Positions 36,129-46,181 of a DNA stretch of 64,000 nt are shown here, one piece after another. Positions within the stretch are counted from its first letter, which is position 1. The number at the start of each line of letters is the position of its first letter. Below the pieces are notes generated by a model. The model was not told the origin of the DNA, did no database searches, and saw nothing but the letters and a program-made list of their open reading frames with translations. The position numbers and the translations under genes were made by a program. The stretch comes from Eledone cirrhosa (Eukaryota): positions 8,556,001 to 8,620,000 of the forward strand of contig OZ024759.1 of NCBI GenBank assembly GCA_964016885.1, read 5' to 3'.

Positions 36129-36969
36129 CTGTAATTAAAACAAATAAAAATATATATTTAAATAATTAACAAACACATTGAAATATTCAATTTAAAAAAA
36201 AAAAAGAACAATAAAAATACATTTTTCTATCAGTAATTTGAAGCTGGCTCTTTTGTATTTGCATAACAGCACGGTTGTGATATGCAACATATGTTGGGCA
36301 TTTTAAACTTGGCAGAGCCCATCCTGTGTTGGATCACAGCTAATTTCTTCCAGGAGAGAAAGAATTGACCCTCGTATTGGACTGGCAACGTTTTTTGTTA
36401 ACCTCAGTAGGTTTTGAACTGAGAGAGACCACCACAAAGCATTCTGATAACTTGGCCTCTCCAACCCTTTTAGTCATCTCTTACAACATGCAAAGATACA
36501 GCATATCTATTCTAAAAACTGAACCTCTATAAACGTTCCACGGGTGATCAGTGGAATCAGTACCTTACATAGGCATGGCTAATCTAAGGTCCTGGGGATC
36601 AATTCCTGCTTGGTGTTCTTTAACAAAACACTTCATTTCACATTACATGATGAGACTGAAGCACCCAAGAAACTGCCAATGATGTGAAAGCTTGTAGGTA
36701 GGAGACCTGCCTAAACCTACACATGAGAGAGAGCTGTAACATAGGACTGGAGCCTCTATTATTAGAATACCGATGAAAGCTTGTAGGAGGCTAACCTGAA
36801 TCTCCATATATAAGTACATTCCTTTACCAAAAACTTATCACAAATAGTAATCAGTCACTAGACAAGTAGAGCAATGTGTCTTGCTGAACGGTCAACAGTA
36901 TCATTTGAACTTACAACCATGTGGTTGGTGGTTAGTCCAGTAGGCAATAGAATATAAGTATTATAAATA

Positions 36970-37352
36970 CATGGTAGTGAGACATGGGCAGTAAGTGTGA
37001 AGGCTGAAGAGAAAAGAAGCAAGTATGCTTTGATGGATGTGCAACATTAATGTGAATGAACGATGGATTAAGGATGAACTGAGAGAAAAACAGTATAAGA
37101 GGAACCCTATATGGTGCAAAAGAGAGAAGACTGCGCTGGTATGGACATGTAATGCATATGGATGATCAATAAGTAAAGAAATTCCAGTAGAAGGTAGCTT
37201 CAGTAGAAACCAAAGAATACCTGGGCAATTCCAATGGTAAGAGTTGATCTCAAATTGGTGAATCTCAGAGGAGATGATGAAGGAATGATGTGCCAGAAAA
37301 GACCCTTCCACTTAATCCATGTTTGTACAGAAAGGTAGACATAAAATGATGA
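36970..37352 (+). mobile_element. Degenerate RTE LINE 3' fragment in OSTC intron 3
   Basis: Frameshifted HGSETWAV, RRLRWYGHV and KPKNTW remnants; tail ACATAAAATGATG ends next to the exon 3 donor. Confidence 0.75.
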
Positions 37353-37361
37353 AATACTTAC

Positions 37362-37579
37362 GGTAGTTTCATCCTCATAAAGACCCAACACATGAAGAAC
37401 GAGGTTAAAATGGTGAGAAATGATACGGAAAACAGCAGAACTCGGTTTAGTCTGGGTAAACTAGGTTTGTTGGTTTGATCAAGGATGACAAAACCTACAC
37501 CTCCAAGGGTGAACAAGAAACTAGAGGCCAAACCTTCCATTATATATTGACCATTTACTCGGTATGGCATAAAGGCCAC
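37362..37579 (-). CDS. OSTC: OSTC exon 3
   Basis: TTTCCAG acceptor and GTAAGT donor; [34 protein letters not shown]...FMRMKL(P). Confidence 0.95.
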
Positions 37580-38236
37580 CTGGAAAGAGAAAAATGTAAC
37601 ATTTATCAGTGAATGCCAGTACATCTTTATCAATTCACACCACACTTGGCCCTTTCATTACCATATTCCTAATGAAATACATTGGAACCTAGGTTCACAA
37701 ATGCCTCTCATCATGAACAATTTTTCAAAACATAAAACGTCTCGGTTCACAAATGGTGTCTTGAGTAATGAATACACAAGCCAGCAACAAGCTTGGAGTA
37801 TTGGTGACAAAATGACACTTGCTGTGGTGGTGATATCTTTTATACAGTCTCTCTCAACATTTCAAATGGGAAAAATACTTCAGTTTACAAACATTTCAGC
37901 TGACAAATGGCCTTCAGGAACAAATTAAGTTTGTGAAGTGAGGTTCCAGTGTACTTTAATTAAGGAAGAATTTGAAGGTGTCACCACACCACAGCTTTGT
38001 AAAGCTTGATTATGTAAAAAGAGTAGGGCCTTAAATGTCTTAGCTCCCTTAACGCTTTACCATTTAAACCGGCCAGATTTCTCTCACTTCTTTCTATTCA
38101 AACCGGCCATAACCAGCTGCTCATACTTGTTATGGTATTGTTCTCAAAATAAATAATACCAATATCTCATGCCAACTTAATACAGCCCCACCTCACAAGT
38201 TCCCGTGTTTTACAGAAGATGATAATGATGACTCAC

Positions 38237-38310
38237 AGGTTTAGTGTTCCCTCTTTCATCTGTCGTCGATCCAATACTTGGAGGTTCAACAATGACATCA
38301 TAAATGATAC
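38237..38310 (-). CDS. OSTC: OSTC exon 2
   Basis: TTGTAG acceptor and GTGAGT donor; (G)[24 protein letters not shown]. Confidence 0.95.
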
Positions 38311-38728
38311 CTACAACAAAATATAAAACAGACATGGCTATCATCACAGTTTAATGACTATTGACCATATTTCTATGGGTTAGATTGGCATATACTCTGA
38401 CAGGTGACCTTGCTTCTACATTTCACTGGATGTCCTTCCAACCACTTTATAGCATGTACTGGAAGCATTTTATCATGCCTCTGGTGATGTTGGTTACGAC
38501 ACCAGCACTACCACTTTACAGGGTGGACTGGGTGCTGATTGTTGTGGCACCAGCACTACCACTTTACACCCTCTCCTATATCTCTAATTTGCTCTACGTC
38601 CTTTTTTCTTTAAGTTTATCATATTATTTGTGGTATAAAAACATTGAGATTTGATGAAATAAATCACTGCCAATACTGGAATTGAATAATCAAGACTGTA
38701 GCGGTATGTCATATATCAAATCATATGT

Positions 38729-38790
38729 TTTGTCTGATGAGGACGTACTGAAAAAAAACAACACAGTACCTTTGAAATATATATAATAAA
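38729..38790 (+). ncRNA. Candidate minimal type I hammerhead ribozyme
   Basis: TTTGT-CTGATGA-G[..GTACTG/CAGTAC stem]-GAAA-TATATA-TA-ATAAA; core boxes and stems I-III can be paired by eye. Confidence 0.55.
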
Positions 38791-39001
38791 GTATATATTT
38801 TGATTATGAGAATATTTTTCATTTGTTAATTTTTTAAATAATATATATATATATAACGAAGTTGTGGTAAGGAACCAGAAATAGCCGCCGTCGAAACGGC
38901 TTGCGCTCTGCCGCCGGGGTCATACTTTTTCCTATATATATATATATATTTCCACCCCTCCTCCACACACCCTCGGAACTCTCTTCCTAACCTATTTCCT
39001 C

Positions 39002-39029
39002 CTGAAGAAGGGCTTATGCCCGAAACGTC
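39002..39029 (+). ncRNA. Degenerate Penelope-type hammerhead motif
   Basis: CTGAAGA-A-GGGC-TTAT-GCCC-GAAACGTC; stem I not evident; AATAAA at 39065. Confidence 0.45.
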
Positions 39030-39123
39030 GTTCTTCACCCCTCCACTCTCAAGAGCGTGAACCTAATAAACCTTTATTTGTCTGCCTCTCTGTTTTGTTC
39101 CCGTCCAAATTTGCACTATATAT

Positions 39124-39155
<32 letters not shown>

Positions 39156-39156
39156 C

Positions 39157-39193
<37 letters not shown>

Positions 39194-39294
39194 GTAATAA
39201 TAATAAATTTGAAGACTAAAATGAGTTTCAGAAGATCCCGTTAAGGGTGAAAGCAGCGATTCTTTACTTAAACTTTAATCTGTTATTTTAATTA

Positions 39295-39332
<38 letters not shown>

Positions 39333-39983
39333 AATAACGAAACGTTATAAACAGGTGGATACAATTAGTTTAAAAACTAATTATTTATTTAAAAACCTTC
39401 TTCCATGGTGATTTTATGTAAGAACCTTCGTTAAGTTATGCTCCAAACTCCAGCTAAATAACAATGGGGTTAATTACATTACAAAAGCCCGCAAAATTCT
39501 TGATTATTTTCAAAATTATGAGAAAATGTTAGGCAGTGTCTTTCATTAGAAATATATAAAGGAAAGGTTTGTCTCCACAATAACACGTAGTACATTTCTA
39601 GTAGTCAGTGCTGAAAGCCACGTAAACATTGGAGAAGATAAGAGGGCGTAGGGTTGCTGTGGTTGCTGTTTACAAGTCTTTCACTTAACTCATATAAGTT
39701 CATCTTTGATGAGACGTTCCAGATTTGACCACCCCACCACGTTGTTCTATACATCGGGAAGTACTTGCCAAGGTCTTGCCCCAACCCCCTATTTTCAATA
39801 TAGTCATTTTGGCTGCCGTTTCCAGCTGGTCAGAGGTGATTAGAGGCTCACATAATTATTATGTTATTTCCTATCAACTAGTCATGTAATCGAAGGCGTT
39901 CCACTCCTGACCATCCAGTCAGGATGTTTTAGACGCGTGTGTAGACCTATATATGTATGTATATATTATAAAGCAATGCGTTG

Positions 39984-40017
<34 letters not shown>

Positions 40018-40148
40018 GTTGCATTAGAATATGTTTATAATGCCGTAGTATTTAAAAGATTAACTGAATGAGCACTCAATACTGGATGTAGAGTCGTACC
40101 AGTGACTTTGAAGTTGTTTCATGTATGTATAGTAAATAAGACACTTAC

Positions 40149-40287
40149 CGCCAGTCACCATGAAATATGAGAGTAAGACTAGAGTGAACATAAACATGGC
40201 TGAGGGTTGCTTCAGCCATGCTGGTCTCTTCAACTTAATATTCGGACATACAAGGACTCTGTAAGGAAAGCTGTAGAAGGACTCCAT
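40149..40287 (-). CDS. OSTC: OSTC/DC2 (oligosaccharyltransferase complex subunit) exon 1
   Basis: ATG at 40287; MESFYSFPYRVLVCPNIKLKRPAWLKQPSAMFMFTLVLLSYFMVTG; GTAAGT donor, phase 1. Confidence 0.95.
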
Positions 40288-41304
40288 GATGTGTCAACGG
40301 AAGATGATGACAGTGACACCTACTGGCGATAATCGTATTTCAAGGACGATAACTCTTGAGGCGTCATTACCACGTAGCTTATGGTTAAGGTGTTCGGTTC
40401 ACGATCGCAAGTAAGTTCAAATACCAGCCCGGGGCCTGCACTGTGTCCTTGAGCAAGACACTTTATTTAACCCTTTAGCATTCTCATTACTCTATACGTC
40501 CCCTTACGATCTGATTTCAAATCCTGCCGAGGTTAACTTTGCCTTCATCGTTACGGGGGTCGATAAAATAAAGTACCAGTAATGCACTGGTTAATTGCTG
40601 GCCTTGTGCCAAATGTAGAAATAATTACTCTATATTTACTACTGTATTTTTATAGAAAAGGCTTTATCTCACATAATATCAAATCTATGAGATTTTGATA
40701 TTTATTGAGAACAATACCTCAACGTCGGCATGAGCAGCCGTGAACAGAAAAGAGTGAGAGAATTCTGACCGGATATAACTGGTTTAAATGCTAAAGGGTT
40801 AACCTTTATACAGTACATTCAGCTGGCAAAAATGACTTGTACTTTTTATTCAAAGGTATCACTATAACCTTTCGCCATTTCTGACGGTCGGAACTAATTC
40901 CACTCTTACAATGTTCGATAAAATACCTTGCGGTATTTTTTTTCAATTCTCTGCGAATCTTCACCGTAAAAAAATTCCAAATAAATAATAGTCGAGGAAA
41001 TGTATGAAAAAAGATGTTTTCTTTATTTAAAGACGATAATGTGTAATTTGAAGCGGATTTGACTGCTATTTCTAGTAGGTCTAATGACCCCGTAGACAGC
41101 ATCTTCGTTTAAATAACGTGCCCTTCGTTCTTTTAATCAAGAAAGTATTGTACTAAAATTGAACTTGGTTGCTATTTCTGCCAGAAAAAGCAGCCAGTGA
41201 GAAGACTATGGCCAATAAAATACATATAGTGACCTCTAGCGGCAGAATTATCAACTAAAGATATATCAAGGAAGGTAACTCCCCAAAGACATGTGTTAAA
41301 AACA
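40288..41304. promoter_or_regulatory. Putative bidirectional promoter region between OSTC and MRPS2
   Basis: Divergent ATGs about 1 kb apart; CTCF-like CCGCTAGAGGTCAC on the - strand at 41229-41242. Depends on the MRPS2 exon 1 call. Confidence 0.45.
40467..40802. mobile_element. piggyBac-like MITE with nested family B SINE
   Basis: TTAACCCTTTAGCATT...AATGCTAAAGGGTTAA; nested SINE flanked by ATTACTCTATA at 40486-40496 and 40624-40634. Confidence 0.8.
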
Positions 41305-41368
41305 ATGTCTGCGTTATTTACCAAATTCTTTCCCAAGGAGATACTTCGGTATTATTCTACCTTAACAA
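41305..41368 (+). CDS. MRPS2: Putative MRPS2 exon 1 (mitochondrial presequence-like)
   Basis: AACAATG start; MSALFTKFFPKEILRYYSTLT; GTAAAT donor in phase 1, compatible with the phase-1 acceptor at 49451. Lies head-to-head with OSTC. Intervening exons cannot be excluded. Confidence 0.55.
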
Positions 41369-41530
41369 GTAAATTAATATTTTTTCCCTCCTTATTATCA
41401 TTATTATTGTTGTATACACTTTTGAAATAGTTATACATACATTGCTCTTTTCTTTTAAATTGTTTATAATTCGTTTTATCCCTACGAAAAGGTCACGCTT
41501 TCGTTTTTCAGAAGCTTAATTATATATCTG

Positions 41531-41562
<32 letters not shown>

Positions 41563-41622
41563 TATACATATATGAATATACATATATATATATGGAGACA
41601 AGCACACTCATATATACACACA

Positions 41623-41659
<37 letters not shown>

Positions 41660-41848
41660 GGTTATGTCTTTGTTTTACAAAACTCTTAATATCACCTGGT
41701 ATGTTGGAACATTGAAAGGTAATTCTGTTTGGCAGCATCACTCTCCGAAAGTATAACAAGCGTGAAACTAATATAACTGGAATTTTACCTCCTGTCTTGT
41801 TTTGTTCCCTTTATTAACTATATATATATATATATATACATATATATA

Positions 41849-42010
41849 TAGGAACGAGTAGGACCCCGACGGCTGAGCTCAAGCCGTTTCGACGGCTAAT
41901 TCTGGAATTAGCCGTCGAAACGGCTTGAGCTCAAGCCGTTTCGACGGCTAATTCTGGAATTAGCCGTCGAAACGGCTTGAGCTCAGCCGTCGGGGTCTTA
42001 CTGGTTCCTA
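41849..42010. repeat. ~160-bp near-perfect compound palindrome (foldback element)
   Basis: TAGGAAC.AGTA.GACCCCGACGGCTGAGCTCAAGCCGTTTCGACGGCTAATTC arms with two internal GAATT-closed hairpins. Confidence 0.9.
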
Positions 42011-42087
42011 TTACCCACTCTACTACACTAAGTATTGAGTACTTTGGTGCGTTATGGTCCACCTGGTTCCTTACCACATTTCCTTCG

Positions 42088-42125
<38 letters not shown>

Positions 42126-42272
42126 CGCGCCGTCACTATATATATATATATATATAGTGACGGCGCGTGGTTGAGTGGGGCGATGCGTTATGTCCTTGAG
42201 CAAGACACTTTATTTCACGTTGCTCCTTCTACCTGGAGTTGCGACCGACAGATTGTATTAGCAATTGGAAGG

Positions 42273-42805
42273 TTTTATTACAGTTGTATGAATTTACAGT
42301 AGAATAACGTTGCAAATATGTTAAATATATACATAAATAACATAACAAATGAGTAAATAACATTATAAATTGCTCGCAATTCGTTCAGAAGGACAAATGT
42401 AATGTCTAAACTGTGTATAAAAATATAATAATATAAATTCATTGAACAAAAATAAAGGAAAGAAGTGTGATAAGCGGCTACACCTCACACCTTAGGTGTA
42501 ACTACACACTTTCAGGCAAGCCAACACACTGGCAGCATTACCACGGGTGATGGCGAGGCTAAGACACTGAAACAACCAGGCACCCTCACGGGCATCACCT
42601 GACACCTCGCTAAGGTGCTGAAATAACCAGGTCCCCTCACAGACATCACCTGACACCTCAGTAAGGTGAGGCTAAGGTGCTGAAACAACCAGGCACCCTC
42701 ACGGGCATCACCTGACACCTCAGTAAGGTGAGGCTAAGGTGCTGAAACAACCAGGTACCCTCACGGGTATCACCTGACACCTCAGTAAGACGAGGCTAAG
42801 GTGCC
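42273..42805 (-). mobile_element. CRE-like (RLE) non-LTR retrotransposon 3' fragment with 62-bp tandem duplications
   Basis: Minus strand SGDAREGAWLFQCLSLAITRGNAASVLACL resembles the CRE C-terminal GD.RE..FLFQR.S.A..RGNA motif; interrupts a family C SINE. Confidence 0.7.
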
Positions 42806-43031
42806 AAACATTAGTTCCTCGGTCCAATTTGACGTGCTCCTCCCCATTCTTTAAGCAAATGAGGTCTGGGATCTTGTTGATCGACAGTCGAGATATATAT
42901 AATATATATAATACAATGTGGCAGCATGCTACTACGCTCTTCTCTGGGTCAAAAACATAGCACATCCTTTTCTTTGCTTGTTTCCTTAAAGCTTACCATC
43001 ATTCTGTTGGTATATATCTGTTACACAATTT

Positions 43032-43089
43032 ACACCTGATGAGGTCACAGGGTTCTTACGCAACCTGGCCACTGAAATGTGCATAGTGT
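43032..43089 (+). ncRNA. Candidate minimal type I hammerhead ribozyme
   Basis: ACAC-CTGATGA-[GGTCACAGGGTT/AACCTGGCC stem]-ACT-GAAA-TGTGCA-TA-GTGT, followed by AATAAA at 43097. Confidence 0.65.
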
Positions 43090-45058
43090 TTACAGTAATA
43101 AAAAATTAAGGAAATTCAACATATTTGTCCTCCTGTCATTTTACTTTATAATATGTAAGCATGTTCTACAACGCGATGACCAAAAACGTGAGGTGTTCAG
43201 GATTGCTAGGCAATGCGTCAAGGAAAACCGTGATATTGTCGGGGAGAAGTGTGTACTTAACGATGATGGCATACTTGCCATCACCGACGCTGATAAGAAG
43301 GTAGCTTGGAAGTGTCACTATGAAAGGCTACTAAATGAGGAGAATAAATGGGAGAAAGACAGTCTCCCCCATATCGACCCAATAGAGGGACCAGCAGTGT
43401 TAGTCGAGGGGAGTATGATAAGTAAGGCAATCAAGGATATGAAGACGGGTAAGGCGGCTGGGCCTTCGGAAATAGTTGCTGAGATGCTGAAGGCATCTGG
43501 CACGGTGGGACACACCATGGTCACCCGCATAGTTAACCAAGTCGTACAGAATGGGGTTGTTCCGAAGGACTGGCATAGCAGCATCATCGTTAACTGTTAT
43601 AAGGGTAAAGGAGACGCCCTAGATAGGAGTAACTATAGAGGCATTAAATTAATCGACCAGGTCATGAAGGTCACGGAAAAAGTAATAGCACAACTAATCA
43701 GAGAGAGAATTGACCTAGATGAAATGCAGTTCGGGTTTGTGTCAGGCAAAAGTACCACAGACGCTCTTTTCATTGTACGACAACTACAGGAGAAGTACCT
43801 AGCTAAAGGTAAACCCCTCTACTTAGCTTTTGTCGACTTGGAGAAAGCCTTCGACAGAGTCCCCCGCTCCATTATCTGGTGGGCTCTTAGAAAACTAGGC
43901 GTTGACGAATGGCTTGTGAGAGCTATACAAGCCATGTATAAAGAAACAGTCAGCAAGGTTAGAATTAACAACGAATATAGTGAAGAGTTTAGCATAAAAG
44001 TTGGCGTCCATCAGGGCTCTGTTCTCAGCCCCCTACTATTTATTATTGCCCTTCAGGCTATAACAGAGGAGTTCAAGACCGGCTGCCCATGGGAACTCCT
44101 ATACGCAGACGACCTGACACTCATAGCGGAATCAATGGCCGAGCTAGAGAAGAAATTCCAAACATGGAAGCACGGCCTAGAATCAAAAGGCCTTAAAATT
44201 AACCTGGCTAAGACTAAAGTTCTAGTTTGTAGGAAAGAAAATAAGGTGGCGGTCCCTTCTGGGAAATGGTCGTGCTCGGTGTGTAGGAAAGGCGTAGGTA
44301 GAAACTCCATTTTATGTCCTAAATGCAAAGTATGGGTGCATAAAAGATGTAGTGGGATCACAGGTAAGCTAACTAAGAACATAGATTTTACATGTGGCCG
44401 GTGCTCTAGTGCAATAAGTAGCAGCAAGTGCCCACAAAATACTAGCTCCTTCAACTGCGCAGAGGGTTCTATAGAAATAGTGGACAGTTTCCGTTACCTG
44501 GGTGATAAAATCAGCAGTGGGGGAGGGTGCTCTGAAAGTACAGTAGCTAGAGTCAGAACTGGTTGGAAAAAGTTCAGAGAGCTTATACCACTTTTAGCTG
44601 CTAAAGGGTTCTCCCTAAAAATGAAAGGCAGGTTGTACGATGCCTGCATACGAACAGCAATGTTGCATGGCAGTGAGACCTGGGCATTGTGTGCAGAGGA
44701 TATACGCAGACTAGAGAGGAACGAAGCTTGCATGCTCCGCTGGATGTGTAACAGTAATATACGTGAACGGCAAAGCATAAACGAACTAAGGAAAAAATTA
44801 GAAATAAGAGGGATCAGATGTTGTTTACTCGAGAGAAGGCTACGTTGGTATGGACACGTGATGCGCATGAAAGTCGATAGCTGTATAACAAAGTGCAGGG
44901 CAATAAAGATAGACGGTAGCCACGGAATAGGCAGACCTAGAAAAACCTGGGATGAGCTGATAAACTCCGACCTCACACACTTACACCTCTCCAAGACAAC
45001 GTCACTGGACCGAGACCTTTGGCGGTACTCAGTAACAGAGAAGACCCGCCTTACCTAA
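43079..45058 (+). CDS. Uninterrupted reverse transcriptase ORF of the RTE LINE (homology from ~43165; first ~28 codons are flanking DNA)
   Basis: 659-aa ORF in the track with a complete RT domain and an inserted Cys/His finger. Confidence 0.85.
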   Translation: MHSVYSNKKLRKFNIFVLLSFYFIICKHVLQRDDQKREVFRIARQCVKENRDIVGEKCVLNDDGILAITDADKKVAWKCHYERLLNEENKWEKDSLPHIDPIEGPAVLVEGSMISKAIKDMKTGKAAGPSEIVAEMLKASGTVGHTMVTRIVNQVVQNGVVPKDWHSSIIVNCYKGKGDALDRSNYRGIKLIDQVMKVTEKVIAQLIRERIDLDEMQFGFVSGKSTTDALFIVRQLQEKYLAKGKPLYLAFVDLEKAFDRVPRSIIWWALRKLGVDEWLVRAIQAMYKETVSKVRINNEYSEEFSIKVGVHQGSVLSPLLFIIALQAITEEFKTGCPWELLYADDLTLIAESMAELEKKFQTWKHGLESKGLKINLAKTKVLVCRKENKVAVPSGKWSCSVCRKGVGRNSILCPKCKVWVHKRCSGITGKLTKNIDFTCGRCSSAISSSKCPQNTSSFNCAEGSIEIVDSFRYLGDKISSGGGCSESTVARVRTGWKKFRELIPLLAAKGFSLKMKGRLYDACIRTAMLHGSETWALCAEDIRRLERNEACMLRWMCNSNIRERQSINELRKKLEIRGIRCCLLERRLRWYGHVMRMKVDSCITKCRAIKIDGSHGIGRPRKTWDELINSDLTHLHLSKTTSLDRDLWRYSVTEKTRLT

Positions 45059-45460
45059 ATACATAGTAAAACCTACTACAGCCAGTAGGCATCTCTAACA
45101 AAATACACCCGTCCCACCACCACCACCACCCCCACCCCATCCACACCACCCCCTCCTATGTAAAGTTATGTTGGTACCACAACATCCAGGCCGAAACAAA
45201 TGAGATCGTGTAGGTGTCACGACAAAAAAACACACAGTCCACGCTGTAATGTGGCCGTGTAGGCAACACGGTAAAAACCTCCCAGCCCCACACTGTAAAT
45301 GTGGTTGGTGTTAGGAAGGGCATCCAGCTGTAGAAAACCTGCCAGACAGTCCTATGCGAGCAAGTCAACCACTCTTGCCCCAAGTGGGAAAACCCCCGTC
45401 CAAACCCATGCAAGCGTGGAACACGGACGTTAAACGTTGATGATGATGATGATGATGATA
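43155..45460 (+). mobile_element. 5'-truncated RTE-type LINE with 3' UTR and (GAT)n tail, in the presumed MRPS2 intron
   Basis: RT motifs KGKGD...NYRGIKL, QFGF, AFVDLEKAFDRV, GVHQGSVLSPLLF, YADD, RLRWYGHV, GRPRKTW; no endonuclease domain. Possible low-complexity TSD TATAATAT at 43147-43154 and 45469-45476. Confidence 0.92.
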
Positions 45461-45477
45461 TATATATATATAATATT

Positions 45478-45690
45478 AGTGAAGGTGTGTTACGGAGTGG
45501 TTAGAGAATTGGATTCTCAATCGTAAGGTTGTGAGTTCGATTCCTGGACCGGGCAATGCGTTATGTCCTTGAGCAAGACACTTTATTTCACGTTGCTCCT
45601 TCTACCTGGAGTTGCGACCAATAGATAGTATTAGCAATTGGAAAGACCAACGGAAACATTGTTCCCTCGGTCCGATTTGACGAAAGTCGA
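45478..45690 (+). mobile_element. CORE-type SINE family C; second, interrupted copy at 42157-42272 plus 42806-42836
   Basis: GAGTTCGATTCC B-box, CCTTGAGCAAGACACTT, and GCTCCTTCTACCTGGAGTTGCGACC shared between the two copies. Confidence 0.7.
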
Positions 45691-45727
45691 TCGTTTAAAA
45701 AAAAAATATATATATATATAATATATA

Positions 45728-45841
45728 TATAGGAAAAGAATCAGAACCCGGATGGCAGAGCTCAAGCTGTTTCGACAGCTATTTCTGGACCATCCAGAAA
45801 TTGCTGCCGTCCGGGTCGGGTTCTGATTCTTTTCCTATATA
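45728..45841. repeat. Foldback element of the same family within (TA)n
   Basis: Inverted termini ATAGGAAAAGAATCAGAACCCG and CGGGTTCTGATTCTTTTCCTAT; internal GAGCTCAAGCTGTTTCGACAGCTA. Confidence 0.8.
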
Positions 45842-45855
45842 TATATTATATATAT

Positions 45856-46181
45856 AGGCGCATGGCTTAGTGGTTAGAACATTGGCCTTGCAATCGAAAG
45901 GTTGTGAGTTCAATTCTCAGACCGGGTGATGTGTTGTTTCCTTGAGCAAGACACTTTATTTCAAATTGCTCCAGTTTACTCAGCTGTAGAAATGAGATGA
46001 TAGGGACTGGGGTCCATATCATTCCACTGCAAAGTGGTCGTCGAGGTGCCACGGCAAAAAAGCACCCAGCACTCACTGTAAATGAGGTTGGTGTTAGGAA
46101 GGGCATCCAGCTGTAGAAATCAAGCCAGAATCAGTTCCCGTCCCACCCTTGCAAGCAGGGAAAAGCGGACGTAAAATGATG
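45856..46181 (+). mobile_element. CORE-type SINE family A copy
   Basis: Near-identical to 537-877, follows (TA)n. Confidence 0.85.

Noticed and set aside
43318-44994. Minus-strand ORFs overlapping the RT
   Set aside because: Antisense shadows of the LINE ORF with no recognisable motifs.
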